A program made the position numbers and the translations under genes. A stretch of 64,000 nucleotides of DNA, from the NCBI GenBank assembly GCA_001662655.1, contig KV460211.1; one strand, given 5' to 3'. Under the pieces are notes generated by a model. The model had not been told where the DNA came from. It searched no databases and saw only the letters and a program-made list of their open reading frames with translations. Origin of the DNA: Pseudogymnoascus verrucosus (taxonomy: Eukaryota). Below are positions 12,201 through 25,707 of this stretch, in pieces (position 1 is the first letter of the stretch; each line of letters begins with the position of its first letter).

Positions 12201-15200
12201 GGGAGGGAGCCTGTTGTGGCGTGTCTTGAAAGACAGTCAGGCTTTCGTGGGGGTCGAGAGGTCGTTTTTTTGGTCTCGGGCGCCTACGGGTTGCCTCGAG
12301 CCGCTCATCACCCCGTGCTGTCAACCTGTGCAAGGCGGGTGACTTGCTAGAGGATCGTACAAATACCAAGGCGGCGACAGTGTCTGTCGTGTGCTCTCCG
12401 CTACCGAACCGTGGCACCCAGGTGACAAGAAGTTATCTTTGGTTATGAAAAGTGATGTGTGGAGACTAGCGAGTACGATGATTTGCTCTCGTATTTGGTT
12501 GCTCCGATGATCGCGATTGAGATTGAGATGAGATGAGATTGTCGCAATCGCAAATGCGTGGCCCCCTCCCCCCACAGCGTTCCAACAGAGCTTCGGTCTC
12601 TTTAATGATTGGATTGGCTTGCCACGCATCATGCATACTAGAGTAAGCGGGGAACAATCCCACCGTTCTGAGCAAGGCTGACGTTAGCACAAGGATATGT
12701 ACATGGTATGTACAGGATATGCAGGCCGGGACCATACTTCAGTGAACAGTGCGCGCGGGCAGGAGTGGCACAGAGCAGCATAGTGCAGTGTAGTAGCGTA
12801 CCAGTAGCGTACCAGTATCAGATACGAGGAACGAGCGCAAATTGCAACTCCACGCTCGCCGACGACCCTGAACCCTGAGCGCTGGGCGTGGCGCGAGGGA
12901 TTTGGGGCTGTTTAGCAACAGGCTAGCCACGGTGCTAGCCCAGAGACGTGGTACTCACTCAGGACCGCATGGTCCCCGCCCGAGACATCGCGCTGAGCGA
13001 ATCGCAATCGGCTCAACCCGCCTGCTGCCCGATCGCCGATGCGCTATCACGTCGGAGCCGACTGGTCGGCGGGTCTCAAGCCCACTTTCGCTATAGCGCT
13101 GGGGGAGGGGTGAAACGGGACGTGACGGGCGGAGTTAATTTGGCCAGTCGGGTTTTCTGGGAGTCCTCCATTGGTTGGCGGAATTAGTATTGCAAGCTAC
13201 GCGGGATTGTACAGAAGGCACTGTGCACTTAATGCACGGCGTGTATGCATGTGTTGTATTTTTGTGCATTGTTACCTGGCCCCTTCTTCTTAGTCGCTTC
13301 CGCTGTGGCCGACAAAAATTAGAAACACAATGTCTCTGAGATAGAGCCTCTCTGGGCGATGAAGGTAAGGATGCTCTGCCGTGTCTCTCGCTCTTGTCGG
13401 TGAAAATAGCTGTAATAATCCTAAATTCCGACGTCGCCGCAGGAACGCCGACGGAAGTACGCCGAAAGATGACGAAAAGTTCGAGAATTGTGAGCGGGAA
13501 GAGAGGTGTACATGAATCGCCCGACCAAGCCTAGTGTACCACCAACACAAAATCCACGATGGGTCTAGCGGACACTCCCATTTCGCCCTTGTAAACAAGA
13601 TTGATTGATGATCTCAGGTAGCTCCTTCCTCACAATCACTGTACTTTGGGGCGCGTCTCACTCCACTCTTCTGATCGCGTTCCAAACCAAAGAGACCCGT
13701 TCTTGTCCTGCAATTTGGCCCGCCCTTTGGTCCACTATTTGTGGCGTACGAAGGCGGCATGATCTATATAGGGATAAAATGCTATTGGCGGAGATAAAGA
13801 AGTCTGGTATACTTATTCCAATGTTGGGGACAGATGGTCGCGAGCTCTGATCGTACCGTATACTCTGCGCGTGGCCGTCGCATGGCAGGTGGCTCCGAGC
13901 CCTCGGGATCCAAATTGAGGAATGCCGGCTTTTGTCACAAAGGATAGGGTATTTGCAGGCGCCTCTCGCATTGTCATTGATACTCTAAAGCAGCTGGCTA
14001 AGCTTGACTGTCAGAATTGTTGGTAAAGAGACCTGTCAGGTCAGACACGCGGTCACCCCTCGCGGTTGTCGACTCCTCGACCTTGGAACTCCGCCCTTCC
14101 TTGCCGATCGGCCAACGGCGGTGGGCATCTCATCGACTAGGGCCACAATCACCTCCAGTACAGCACAAAATGTACCTTTGTATGCATTCTAGACTATTGC
14201 AGCTTCTGCAGGCCAAGAAACGCTCGGCTCGAGCTTTCAGCCAGTATCCCTGCTCGCACGCACTAGGGGGGGGAGTTGGTGTGTGATCACCTAAAAACGG
14301 TCCTTCGGAGCGAATGGTGATGACCGATACACGGAGGCAGCCCACCATCTTGCTCTCGTATCCTTACCACATCCCGTTGCCAACGAAGAGCTGGCTCTGA
14401 ACCGTGTTTCTATTGAATTTGTACATGCGGCGTGCATAATAATGTGCCTGTATGACTCGTTAGGCTGAGAACGGCAAGATATTCGTTCATAGGAACACAT
14501 CCTGACACGTTTTTGCCAAGACAATGGCAGCGAGGCAGTCAGGCGGATCGCTTTCGACTCGCATTGATAGGATGGTGAGATGGAATCTTGAAGAGGTCAT
14601 GGATTTCATGCGCGCCATGAGATCGATGGAATCCTTCCGCAGCCGATTCCCAGCACGACTGCTGAATCTTACAGACCGCCAACTCTAAATGGGATCAATC
14701 TGACTCGAGTTTAACCGCCGCTGCCATGTGAGGCTGTCTGTACAACGGCGATTTGTTTGCTTCTGTCCCAAAAGAGGAAGCCGCGGTCTGTACGTACCTC
14801 TGGTATGAATGGGTAACACGGCGCCGCTCTGTCGTTTGTCAGTTCTGCGATGTCTCTTTGGCCCTCTTTTGCCCATGGGCAACAACGAATTGGCATGCAG
14901 TGTATACGATGATTGATTCACACACGCGGTTCCCTCATTTGGCATTTTAAGAGTGACCGATGCGTTTGGGTCCGGTGGTTTCCCAGCTGCAAGGATTCGA
15001 TGACAACAAGGGTTCACCATCTGGATGGCCGACCCTTGTCAATCTGTCGGGAGAGCACTAAAATCCTTCCCTCCGATCTGTGGTAGAGGAGCACGCGTAC
15101 GCTTGTTCCACGGAGTACATGCCACAAGCTCCGAGAAGATTTGACAGCCCCGATCACCACTCCCCAGGTTGTCTTCCGAGGTCACGACAATGTTTGATGG

Positions 15201-17171
15201 CCCATGCGGATGAACCTTGCAGGAAGGGGCGCTTCCGTCTGTATGTCTGTCTCTTGTCACTCCAACCTATCTCACCTCATCCTCACAAATCGTCTGAATG
15301 CATGGCACTGTTGGTGGTGGCGTTGGGGGGGGGAGAGGATGATGCCCATGCCACATGCCCCATGGGCCATGACACGCCCTTGTTCCGTTCTTTTCCCAAC
15401 CCCCAACCCCTAGCACCCCACCATCAGGGACGGCCATCGCTTGGCGACCACGAGCAACTCTCCCAGCGATCAGAACTCTCGGGAGGCAGCGGCTAGAGGG
15501 ATCCCATCATGCGTCCGTCACACTCGGTTGGGTAGCCCAAGCTAAGTAGCCACAAAAGAGATTGGGGGGATCGCGAACAATGGACGCCACCCGTACCAAA
15601 GGAGAGGTCGCGAGATGAGAGAAGATGGAGCTACTGTAAGACTTACTCCGGTCGGATGCACCTATTTTTTCTTCTGAAGAGCCATGAGCATAGTGGCCTA
15701 GATGGGATGTAGTTAGTGAGGATACACAGTTCGAACATAGAGTACATACATTGCATATAGTGCATAGAGTGGAGTCAGTGGAGTAACCTTTTAGTTTGAA
15801 TTTAGTGAGAATCATCATGGTGAGAAGTGCCAAGATCGGAAGCAGCGGCGGAGATTCTGTTTGATAGGCAGACAGAAGCATATTCCAGCCTCTCTAGCGC
15901 GGGATGATGATCCTGTCGCGTAGGCATTCGTATGTATGGCAGGGTGACACTGGTTCGTCAGCTCGGGATGGGGAGGAGAGGGAAGGAGCATCTCACAAGA
16001 AGGGAACAGGGGATGATAGGGATGGTATTGTGCCACAGCTGAGTTACTTTTGTTTTGTATGGCGGGGAGGAAAAGGGAAGCTGAGATGGGGGAGAAGCAA
16101 GCAAGTATTGTGCATAGTATAGTGAGGTCTGTGATGTGATGGTAGGGGGGGGGGTGTAGGGGGAAGGGGAAGGTTGGGTGGGGAGTGATGGAAATAGGTG
16201 ATGGGCAGCGAGGGGGGGGGGTGATGGGCAGTGTTGGAGGGGGGCCATTGGTAGGGAATTTGGGAGGGTGGATGGGGGGTGATGGGGAAGGATGGGGCCG
16301 CACCAGAGACAGCCAGAGACCACCAGAAACACTGAGGGCAAATCCCACACGATGGTAAGCGAAGTACCTAAGACATCTATAGACCCAGAGATGGAGACAA
16401 GCTAGACAGTAAGACACACCTAAGAGACTACTAGACACTAACAGACACCACCAGAATACTACCAGATACCCCAGCCACACCCCCTAAGATTGTGTAGTTT
16501 TTGTCTTTATCCCCAGCCCTGGCAATGTATGGAGTACTTACCGACTGGTTTACTAACGGGCTTGACCTCCGTACATGCTGTAGTCTAGGGTAGGGTAGTG
16601 AAGGTTAGTACGCTATTCTACTCTACGCTAGCAGTAAACCAACTTAACTCTCTCCCTCTACACCTAAAGTTACAGCTACTAGGTTTTATTGTATAGGAGG
16701 TGCATAATCAAACATATTGTAGGATATAGGTATATAGGAGGTACTACTATTATATCCTTCTGTCTTCCACCCCGGAATTCCCAGGAAAATCTATACCTAT
16801 AACACGGACTTAATAGGGACTATAACAGGTACTACATACCGTAGTATAACAGCCACTATGCTACTAAACGTATCCGCTTTTTGAAGTTATACTAAGTAGC
16901 GTAGACTGCATTAGATGGACAATTACCAAGTACTCTACTAACTATAACTATGCTAACTCTACTACACTACTCACAGTACTCTACTATCTTTCCTAGCTCC
17001 ACTATACTACCTACACTGTGTATACTTTCATATTATACATAAGTGACTTCAATTCGACTCCCACTAACTATCTTTACTTTCTCATCTGCCTCTCATTTCC
17101 CCGCTGTCTCTTACCAACTACACTACTATTACAAAGTATCTTAAAAGTACTCTTCCGCTGTCAATTTATTT

Positions 17172-17213
17172 CCCCCCCCCCCCCCCCCCCCCATCCCCCT
17201 CCCCATCCCCCCC

Positions 17214-17247
<34 letters not shown>
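17172..17247. repeat. Near-pure poly-C tract (poly-G on minus strand) upstream of nsdD
   Basis: ~75 nt almost entirely C. Confidence 0.9.
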
Positions 17248-17250
<3 letters not shown>

Positions 17251-18052
17251 TCTTCTTGCCCGTCTCTCAAAAAAGACCCTGGGACCCCTCGAAATACCCT
17301 ATTCGTTCAAGTGTTACTCTATTCAAGACCGACAGAACGTCTCCAATCAAATAATCAATCGATCGATCGATCATCCTTCCTGATCCCCTCATATAATTAC
17401 TCAGTATTCCATCTCCGTCACCTACATACACTACTCACTCCCACCCACTTCACTCCTACATACCCATACATACCACAGCCTCCCCCCAGACCATACAGAC
17501 CTCTTTCCCAGAGACCAACCCGCAGGTCAACTACATAACGCACTCTATAGCTTCCTTGCTATACCATCTGCACTCCGCCGATTACCTATCGTCTTCTTCC
17601 CCATCCCATCAGTCACTTGGGACAAGGCTAGCGAGCGAATCTGGCGATCGGCTTCAGATCAGATCTCATCGAAGTGCAGAATATATCCTGAACGAGCGCT
17701 TTCCACGAAACCAACCCACCTCCCCAAACTCGGACATACTTCCTAGAAACCTCCCCAATCATCATTGCAGGCCAAGGTGCCTCGTTGGAACGGAGATTTC
17801 TTCTATTAAGGGATCCGCGGCCGAAATAGCCCCCCACGAGTTCCGATTATCGACCTCGTCGTTATCAAGGCAGCCTTGCGCCCCTCACAACCCAACACCC
17901 ACCCACTTGGATCATCTGGGATTTGTGGTTGCGCCGTATCCACGTTCTCAGCTGAAGTGAAGCGCCAGTCGCCTTCAGAGAATCTCCCTCCACTACCACC
18001 TACTCGAGCGCCAAACCACGTTGATATGGAAGTGTAAGAAGCAAGTTCACAG

Positions 18053-18107
18053 GTACGCCCGCCGCCTCCTCGTAAGGCTCCCCCAATTTGCTGACTCTCC
18101 ATGGCAG
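18053..18107 (+). other. Probable 5'UTR intron of nsdD (donor GTAAGA at 18053; GTACGC at 18053+ region is an alternative donor)
   Basis: Donor-like sites followed by branch GCTGAC and CAG acceptor near 18107, upstream of ATG 18193; boundaries approximate. Confidence 0.35.
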
Positions 18108-18192
18108 CGTATCTATAAACAAGACGGATCCGACTTAATCTTCACTTCAACCATATATTATTATTATATCATATATTCCCACCTACAAAACA

Positions 18193-19720
18193 ATGGCAAC
18201 TGTTGCAACCATGAGTCCCGCAAAGGCCTACGGACCGTATTCTCTAGGAAACCGCCCTCCGCCCTCCCCATACTCGCAACCTCAGTCCGCGCAACCGAGC
18301 CCATACTCCGTCTCTGGTTTAATATCACCCCCAATTTCGAACGCAGCAGAGTCGAGGAGGACATCAGACGACCCAGCCGAATACGCTCCACAACAACGGC
18401 AATCGCTGCCATCGATATCAGAGGCGATCTTCAGATCAAGCACACAAGCCCCCTCGCAACCTCCAGCCGCAGCCTCAGCACCATCACAACAGTTCGCGAA
18501 CCCGAATCCCTTCGCCCACCCATCTCCAACACCTACGTCCCGGTCATATAGCAGCGAGGGACCACCCTACTCGACGCAGCAGCCGAACCACTCCCAATAT
18601 CCACAAAGGCCCTCACCACCACCTCTACAGCCGCCCTCCTCATTCCCCGGCTACAACCACTTCAGCGCCCCAAACTCCGATGCCCAAAGACACCAATCTC
18701 TCCCTTCACTCCCGTCACTCCGCACCGCGCTACCCTCACAAACGAACCCCTTCCCGGCGCGCCAGCCTGAGCAAGCCCGATACGAGCAGGCCCCGCGCCC
18801 AGGGGAGCGCCCAGAGAACCACGTACCGCGACGACACAACGATCCCTATTACGGCTACCCTACCGATTCGACCGGATACACACCAGAGTACTCTGCGCGA
18901 CCTCGCTCTCTCCCATATTACAATGGTCAAGGCCCGCCCAGCCGCGACGAGCCCAGGGGCATAAAGCGTGATTTGGAGAACGGGGAGCCCGAGCCATCGA
19001 TGATGTTCCAGAAGACCCTCCAACACAACCTGCGCAACCACGATTTCGAGATGGCCCTGAGCGAGGTAAGTTCAGAACACTCTTAAACCACTTATATGGC
19101 CACATATCCTAACAACCCCCTAGCTCCAACAATGTGGCACCGAGATCTCCAAAATCTCCGAAGACATCCTCGACACCATGCGCCGCAGCCAGCGCGACCC
19201 CGACGCCCAAGGTATCCCCGTCATGCGCTTTCACGACCCCATGCTCGGATGCCAGCGCAAGCTCGACGAGGCCTTCCACAACGTCAAGCAATACATGGCG
19301 CAGCAGCAGCGCATTCTCGACGATCATCGCCAGCGTAACCAGAATGGGGGTCCAGGGCCGGAGTATGGAGGCGAGGAGGAGCAGTGGGGCGTTGATAAGG
19401 AGCAGGGCTTTTCGGGGGGCCCGGATCCGAAGAAGATTAGGAGAGGTGTAAGTTTTTGACCCTATTCTCTGTTTTAGTAGTGTTGAGATGATGAACTGAC
19501 ACTTTACTAGCGCGCTGCACCACCAGGACGATGCCATAGCTGTAATCGCGCCGAGACTCCTGAGTGGAGACGCGGTCCAGATGGCGCGCGTACGCTCTGC
19601 AATGCGTGTGGACTTCACTACGCCAAGCTGACGCGGAGGAACGGGACGAAGCAGACACAGGGGATGGTAGGAACATCACTGCGCCCTAAGTCGCTGGATG
19701 GCACGTCGCCGCTGTCATAG
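18193..19720 (+). CDS. nsdD: GATA-type zinc finger transcription factor of the NsdD/SUB-1/Ltf1 group; introns 19066-19123, 19448-19510
   Basis: Spliced C-terminus [43 protein letters not shown] (CX2CX18CX2C); Pro/Ser-rich N-terminus with [10 protein letters not shown] motif. Confidence 0.9.
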
Positions 19721-22700
19721 GCGCTTTCACTTCACACACACACCGCCAGGCGCTGGGAATGCGGATAGGGAGGAGGGTAATCAATATACGGATTCGATAG
19801 ACGGAGCTCCTCAGCCTTACAGAAGGAGCGATAGGGATTAGAATTGGCCTGGACAGCCTTGAGCGATTTAAATTGGGCTGGGTCCGGCTCAGGCGTAGAG
19901 GTGCCTTGGAGCATATCTACAGCCACTCACACACGACTGCATCATTCACAGCGATGGATGCCTGCCTTGACGGCAACAACTACTATTATTACGATCACCA
20001 GCCACAGCGACTGGCTGGAATAGACACCACTACCACACTACACCACATCACAGACACCAATACCTCGATACCCCATTTTCGGCTTCCGGGATTCGGGATT
20101 CACACATTTTATTTTTTTACCAGCATTTGTTTGTACGCATCTGTATAACGCTGTCCACCACATATCGTATCGTTGCGGCGCGACTGTTATGTCATATATC
20201 CGAGGAGAAGGAGGGAGGGCCGCATACATATAGGCTTCTAGGCTGTGGGAATAAGCTAGTATAGGGGTGATTATTAGAAGGGAGGGACGGAGGTGGAAAG
20301 GGGCATAGATGGGAATGGGATGGGATGGGATGGGAGATATGGGAGTTATTTTTGAGCGGGATTTTTTACTTTGGGCAAGGGTGTTCTTTAATGTATGTCG
20401 TTTTTGGGGGGGGGGTTGAAAGGGGGAAGGGGATACCATGGCATATTATCATATTATACCAGGCTGCGTTAGGGGGGGGGTTATACCATACCTATTATAT
20501 CATACTGTTCATCTTCACTTCATACTCTTCTTACCTCGCCTTCTTACCACTGCCGCCCTTTTCCCATCTTGCCGCCTCTGCCCTCCTAACATACTCCCAT
20601 CCCCCTTTCCCCTTTCCACCACGAAGTATGCTCGTTTGCCCTCCCCTTCCCCTTCCCCCCGTCAACCCCCCCCCCTGTGTAACACCCACCATCTGCTTAC
20701 CAACCCTCACCACAATCTTATCCCCCCCGTACAACCACAACAACCACAGCCTCACCACCTTATCGCCTCACCTTCGTACTACCCCATCCATCCTCCCTCT
20801 CCACTCCCACAACACTCCCACACGGCGCTGACAAACCCCCCCATCCTCATGGTACGGAGATGGAGATGTATGGGGACTACAAACAGACAACCCCCCCCCC
20901 CCCTGATGGTTTCGTGATCCCCGATCTGAATCCCTCCGATAACCTGCTCGACACACACACATAGCGCGCGTGCAACGGACAATTTTCGTGGGACATCGCT
21001 TCCCCCCCCCCCCCCCCCTCCCCCCCCTCCCCCTTCAGCCCCCGTCACCCATCCACCATCGCCTACCCACGCATCTCACAACTCGCTTACCCATCCCAAA
21101 TCTAGCCCCCCCCCCCCCGGCTCCCTAAGAAAAACGCAGTGAAACCCGCCATCCCTCCTCAGTCAGTGGTACGAGCCAGTAACCTCATCGTCGGAGTACG
21201 GGGGGGCATTGCGCCGGGATGGCTGGGAAGGGCAAGACGGGCGTAGGCGGGGAGCCGTGTGGCGTTTTCCTGTGGCTCTCCTCGTTTTCGTTGCCGGGGG
21301 AGGGAGGGGCGGGCTTACGATTTCGGGAATCGCGAATGGACGCGAGGGGGGGAGGAGAGGGCGTGTCGGGCAAGCATGGGATAGGGATGGGTGATCGGGG
21401 TGTGGTTATGGGGCGGTGGGAGGTAAGGGGGCGGGGGGAGGGGAGGGGAGGGAAGGCGGGAATGAGATCGCATGCGAGGGGGTGTGAGGATGGGCGATGA
21501 GATCGGATGTGAGGGGGGGGATGGGGATTCAGATCGGATGTGAGGGGGAGAGGTGTGTGAGATTGAGTAAGCGTGTCTTAGATTTTTCTTGTGAGATGTG
21601 TGGGGGTAGGGTGAGGGTTGTGTTTTTGAGGCTTGGGGAGGAGGCGGTGAGGGAGGGGAGGGGAGGCGGGGAGGTAGGGAGGTGGGTTGTGGGATGGGGA
21701 TGGGTATGGGATGGGATGGGATGGGAGGGGGGAGATGGCATGGATGGGATGGATGAGATGGGAAAGATGAGATTGCGGGGATCGCGGGGATCGCGGCGAT
21801 GGACGAGGTGAGGTGAGGTGAGGGAGAGACATGCGAGTCATTGGCACGTGTGTGAGTTGTGATGATATGTGATAACTGAGCCGCAGTTGCTTCCTGGCGG
21901 TTTCAGTACATAGGATCGTGAGTGAGTGAGGGTGTGAGTGAGATAGTGAGATATATATCTCAAGACAAACTGTTCCATTCCCATCACCATCACCATCACC
22001 ACATCCATCCATCCCCATCCTCCCCCCCCATCCCCCCCACACACTTATCACGGTGTTGAAAGCGCCTGAAGGGGATTAGCTCCATCGATCTCAACTTTAC
22101 GTACAGCGGCTGGAGCGACGGTAGATTCGGTAGATTCGGTAGATCCATTTATCCGATTTCCGACTTACGAAAGGGCTGTTGGTTAGGCCGACGAACGAAA
22201 CGACAGCTGATTTGTTCTGGCTGGCTGGGCCTTTTTTTTTTGCACATGAATGGAATGTATGGATGACGTTATCCGCTACTGCAGGTTGTGCGTTGACCGT
22301 TGGTGCGGTGCGGTAGCCGCTTGGACGCTGAAAGAAAAAAATAGAGAGGAAAGGGTATTGTAATTGTTAATGATTAGTGGGTGGTGGTGGGATTGGTAAG
22401 CTTGTAATATTTGAAAATCCTCTAAATACCGCACTTTACTGTAACAGACAGCAAAACCCTCAATGTAGCAGGCGGGGAGGGGAGTGTGTTTTCTTTTTGC
22501 GGGGAAAAAAGAAGGGGTCCTAGCTAGATTTCTTGGTTTTGCCTATGGATTACCAATTCTAATAAATGGCCTTTTTTTTTGAGGGAGGAGTTTCCTAATT
22601 CAAACGAACTCCCCCCGCGGTTGATTCCTTGTCGCCTTCTTATTCCCATCGGAAGTGTGCGCCAGTCGTCAACGCCAGCATATGATAAACGCCGGCAATC

Positions 22701-23097
22701 ACCAACTACCACCAACCACCACCACCACCCCCACCATCACCCACTATCAGCACCTCAAAGAAATATAATCTTACATTTACCCCTCCACCACACACGCCCT
22801 TCATCCACATCCCTCACCGGCCTGCCTCGGGCATCAACCCCCCCTTCGCCAAAATCATAACCCGGCTTTGTAATCAGCCCGTTCTCACCCCGTCATCACA
22901 CTGGCTGCCTCGGGAGCCGCGCCCGCTAGAAATATATCCTGCCAAGGCCCACCCCACCAAGGCGGCGCCGCGCTTCGGAAAGAGACCTCCTCCCCTCCAT
23001 TGACATATTTTATTCCCCCCGCCGCCAGAGAAACAGACTGAGTTTGAGTTGCGTTCGCGAACAAGAATAGAAGAGGGGTTAGGACGACTGCGCTGCG

Positions 23098-25445
23098 ATG
23101 GGCCTTCTGTGAGTTTTCTTGCGCTTTGTGGGGGGTTGTGCGGGGTGTAGTTGCGAGCGAGGGGGCAAGATGGCTGACTGTGGTGTCGATTTACAGTGCC
23201 CTGGGGACCCCGCTGGAGTGGCCCGAGGCAAAGAAGAATGCGGATCAGGTTCGCGATTGGGGGATTAAGGTATGCATCTGTCCGATTCGCGTATGAGCGA
23301 CTGGCAGCGGCTGACGAGGTGTGCAGCAATTACTAGCGATATGGAATAAGGCGAAGGGCAAAGAGCGGGATGCTCTGTTGTGGGGAGACGAGGTGGGCAT
23401 TTATACACATCTGGGATTGAGGGAGTAAGGCTGACGATGGGAAAGGTCGAATATATCGTCGTCAACTACGATGAGAACGACCCGAAGGTCACGTTGTCGT
23501 TGCGACAGGCGGATATCCTGCACTCGCTCGCCCATGACGATGAGCTGAAGGAGAAGGGCGGGTGTGTGCCTGATCTGCAGGATGTGGCTTCCGCGAAGTA
23601 AAGCTCACATTCTTTGGTGCTGGAACGGTTCTGACAAGTGGCAGCGGTGATACTCTCCCAGTTTTCCACCCCGAATTCGGCCGGTTCATGCTCGAGGCGA
23701 CACCAGGAAAGCCATGGGGAATTGGGTTCAAGGATCTCCTCGACGTGGAGCAGAACATGAAGTGGCGGTACGTTTTCACTCACTTCCAATGCCTAGGGCC
23801 CATACTGACACAAATAGGCGGAAGCTTGCCAAAGAGCACATGAAGCCCGAGGAATACCCCATGACCCTAACGACCTACCCACGCCTAGGATCCCCCGGCG
23901 TCTTCACCGACCCCTACTTCCCCCCCTCCGGCGAGAAACTCCGCTCCCAATTCGTGCCCGACGAGATCGCGAACCCGCATATCCGCTTCCCCACCCTCGC
24001 TGCCAACATCCGCTCCCGACGTGGCCGTAAGGTCCAGGTTAACGTGCCAATTTACAAAGATGTGAACACGCCCTGGCCATGGAAGGATCCGACTGTCAAC
24101 TATGACCTGCACAATTGGCCGGAGGACGACGATGTGCGTAATGGCGCGGCGCCGGATAATTTTATCCATATGGATGCGATGGCTTTTGGGATGGGCAGCT
24201 GTTGTCTGCAGATCACATTCCAGGCTAAGAATATTACTGAGGGACGGAGGATGTACGATCAATTGAGCCCTCTGGCCCCAATTTTGCTCGCCTTGACGGC
24301 TGCTACGCCGGTGTACAAGGGGTTCCTCGCCGATACCGACGTGCGCTGGAACCAGATCAGCAGAGCCGTAGACGACAGAACAGCCGAAGAACTCGGCGAG
24401 AAGGTCAGAACCCCCCATCTCTCCCAAACCCAGTAGCCCAACTAACCCCCCCTAGCCCCTCGAGCACGACCGCTGGCGCATCCCCAAATCCCGCTACGCC
24501 TCCAACTCAACCTACATCTCCAACGACTCCCGGCTGCGCAAAGAATACCTCGACCCCGACCTCGTGATCGACCCAGATATCAAACAACAACTCATGGACG
24601 GCGGCATGGACTCCCGCCTCGCCACGCACTTCGCGCACCTCTTCATCCGCGACCCCATCGTCATCTTCGCCGAGGACTTGACGACTCTCGACCTCACCAA
24701 GACCGACCACTTTGAGAACCTGCAGAGCACCAACTGGCAACACATGCGCTTCAAGCCTCCCCCTGCAGGCGTCGATATCGGATGGCGTGTCGAGTTCAGG
24801 CCAATGGAGATCCAGATCACGGATTTTGAGAACGCGGCGTTCGCGGTGTTTATTGTGCTTGTCACCCGCGCGATTCTAAGTTACGATCTTAACTTCTACA
24901 TCCCGATTCAGAAGGTTAGTGAGAACATGGAGACAGCGCATAAGCGGGATGCGGTGCTGGAGGAGAAATTCTGGTTTAGGAAAAACCCGCTCCCGACGCG
25001 GCTGCCGAGGCCTTATAACGCTGCGGGGAGCGGGGCATCTACACCTGTTATGTCGAGACCGCCTACGCCGACGGGACCGGTGGAGGATGAGTACGCGCAG
25101 ATGAGCGTCGATGAGATTGTGAATGGGAGTGCTGAGTTCCCCGGGTTGATCCCCCTGGTGGAGTCATACCTCGGCAGCGTGAATGTTGATGTTGAGACGC
25201 GCTGTGAACTACAGCGGTATTTGGATCTGATTAGGCGACGCGCGGATGGGACGCTGTGGACGGCGGCGAAGTGGATTAGGGAGTTTGTGAAGGGGCATGA
25301 GGGGTATAAGGGGGATAGTGTGGTGGGGGAGGAGATTAATCATGATTTGATTGGGGCGGTTATTGGGATTGAGAGGGATGGGGGGGAGGGGGTGGCTAAT
25401 GTGGAGAAGTTGCTGGGGAAGCAGAGGCAGAGGGGGGGACTGTGA
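23098..25445 (+). CDS. GSH1: Glutamate-cysteine ligase catalytic subunit (gamma-glutamylcysteine synthetase), multi-exon
   Basis: MGLLALGTPLEW start, LLWGDEVEY, HPEFGRFMLEATPG, IHMDAMAFGMGSCCLQITFQ, HFENLQSTNWQ, GWRVEFRPME. Confidence 0.96.
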
Positions 25446-25707
25446 TTTTGCACAGGAGATATAGTGCATACTTTTGTTTATAGAGGGAGGAGATAGGGGG
25501 AGGGGGGGACTTGGACATAAAATTACTTACTTACATAGCAGATCTCTCAGGAAGAAACTTGGGATGGGTATATAGAGCGCAGCATACGGTTAGGATATAA
25601 CAATGCGAAACATTATCCGCTTTTATTGACTTTAATATGTCTGTGATATCTATCCACCATAAGGTGTCCGTCCACCCTGTACGAGTCTAGACTGAGTCGA
25701 AAACTTC

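Noticed and set aside
9924..16480. Many 100-300 aa ORFs in the nsdD upstream region
   Set aside because: Overlapping, low-complexity Pro/Arg/Gly products from GC-rich DNA, non-ATG starts, no domain motifs
25663..25681. GGTGTCCGTCCACCCTG-TA as a Tc1/mariner-like terminus
   Set aside because: No matching inverted partner found in the window
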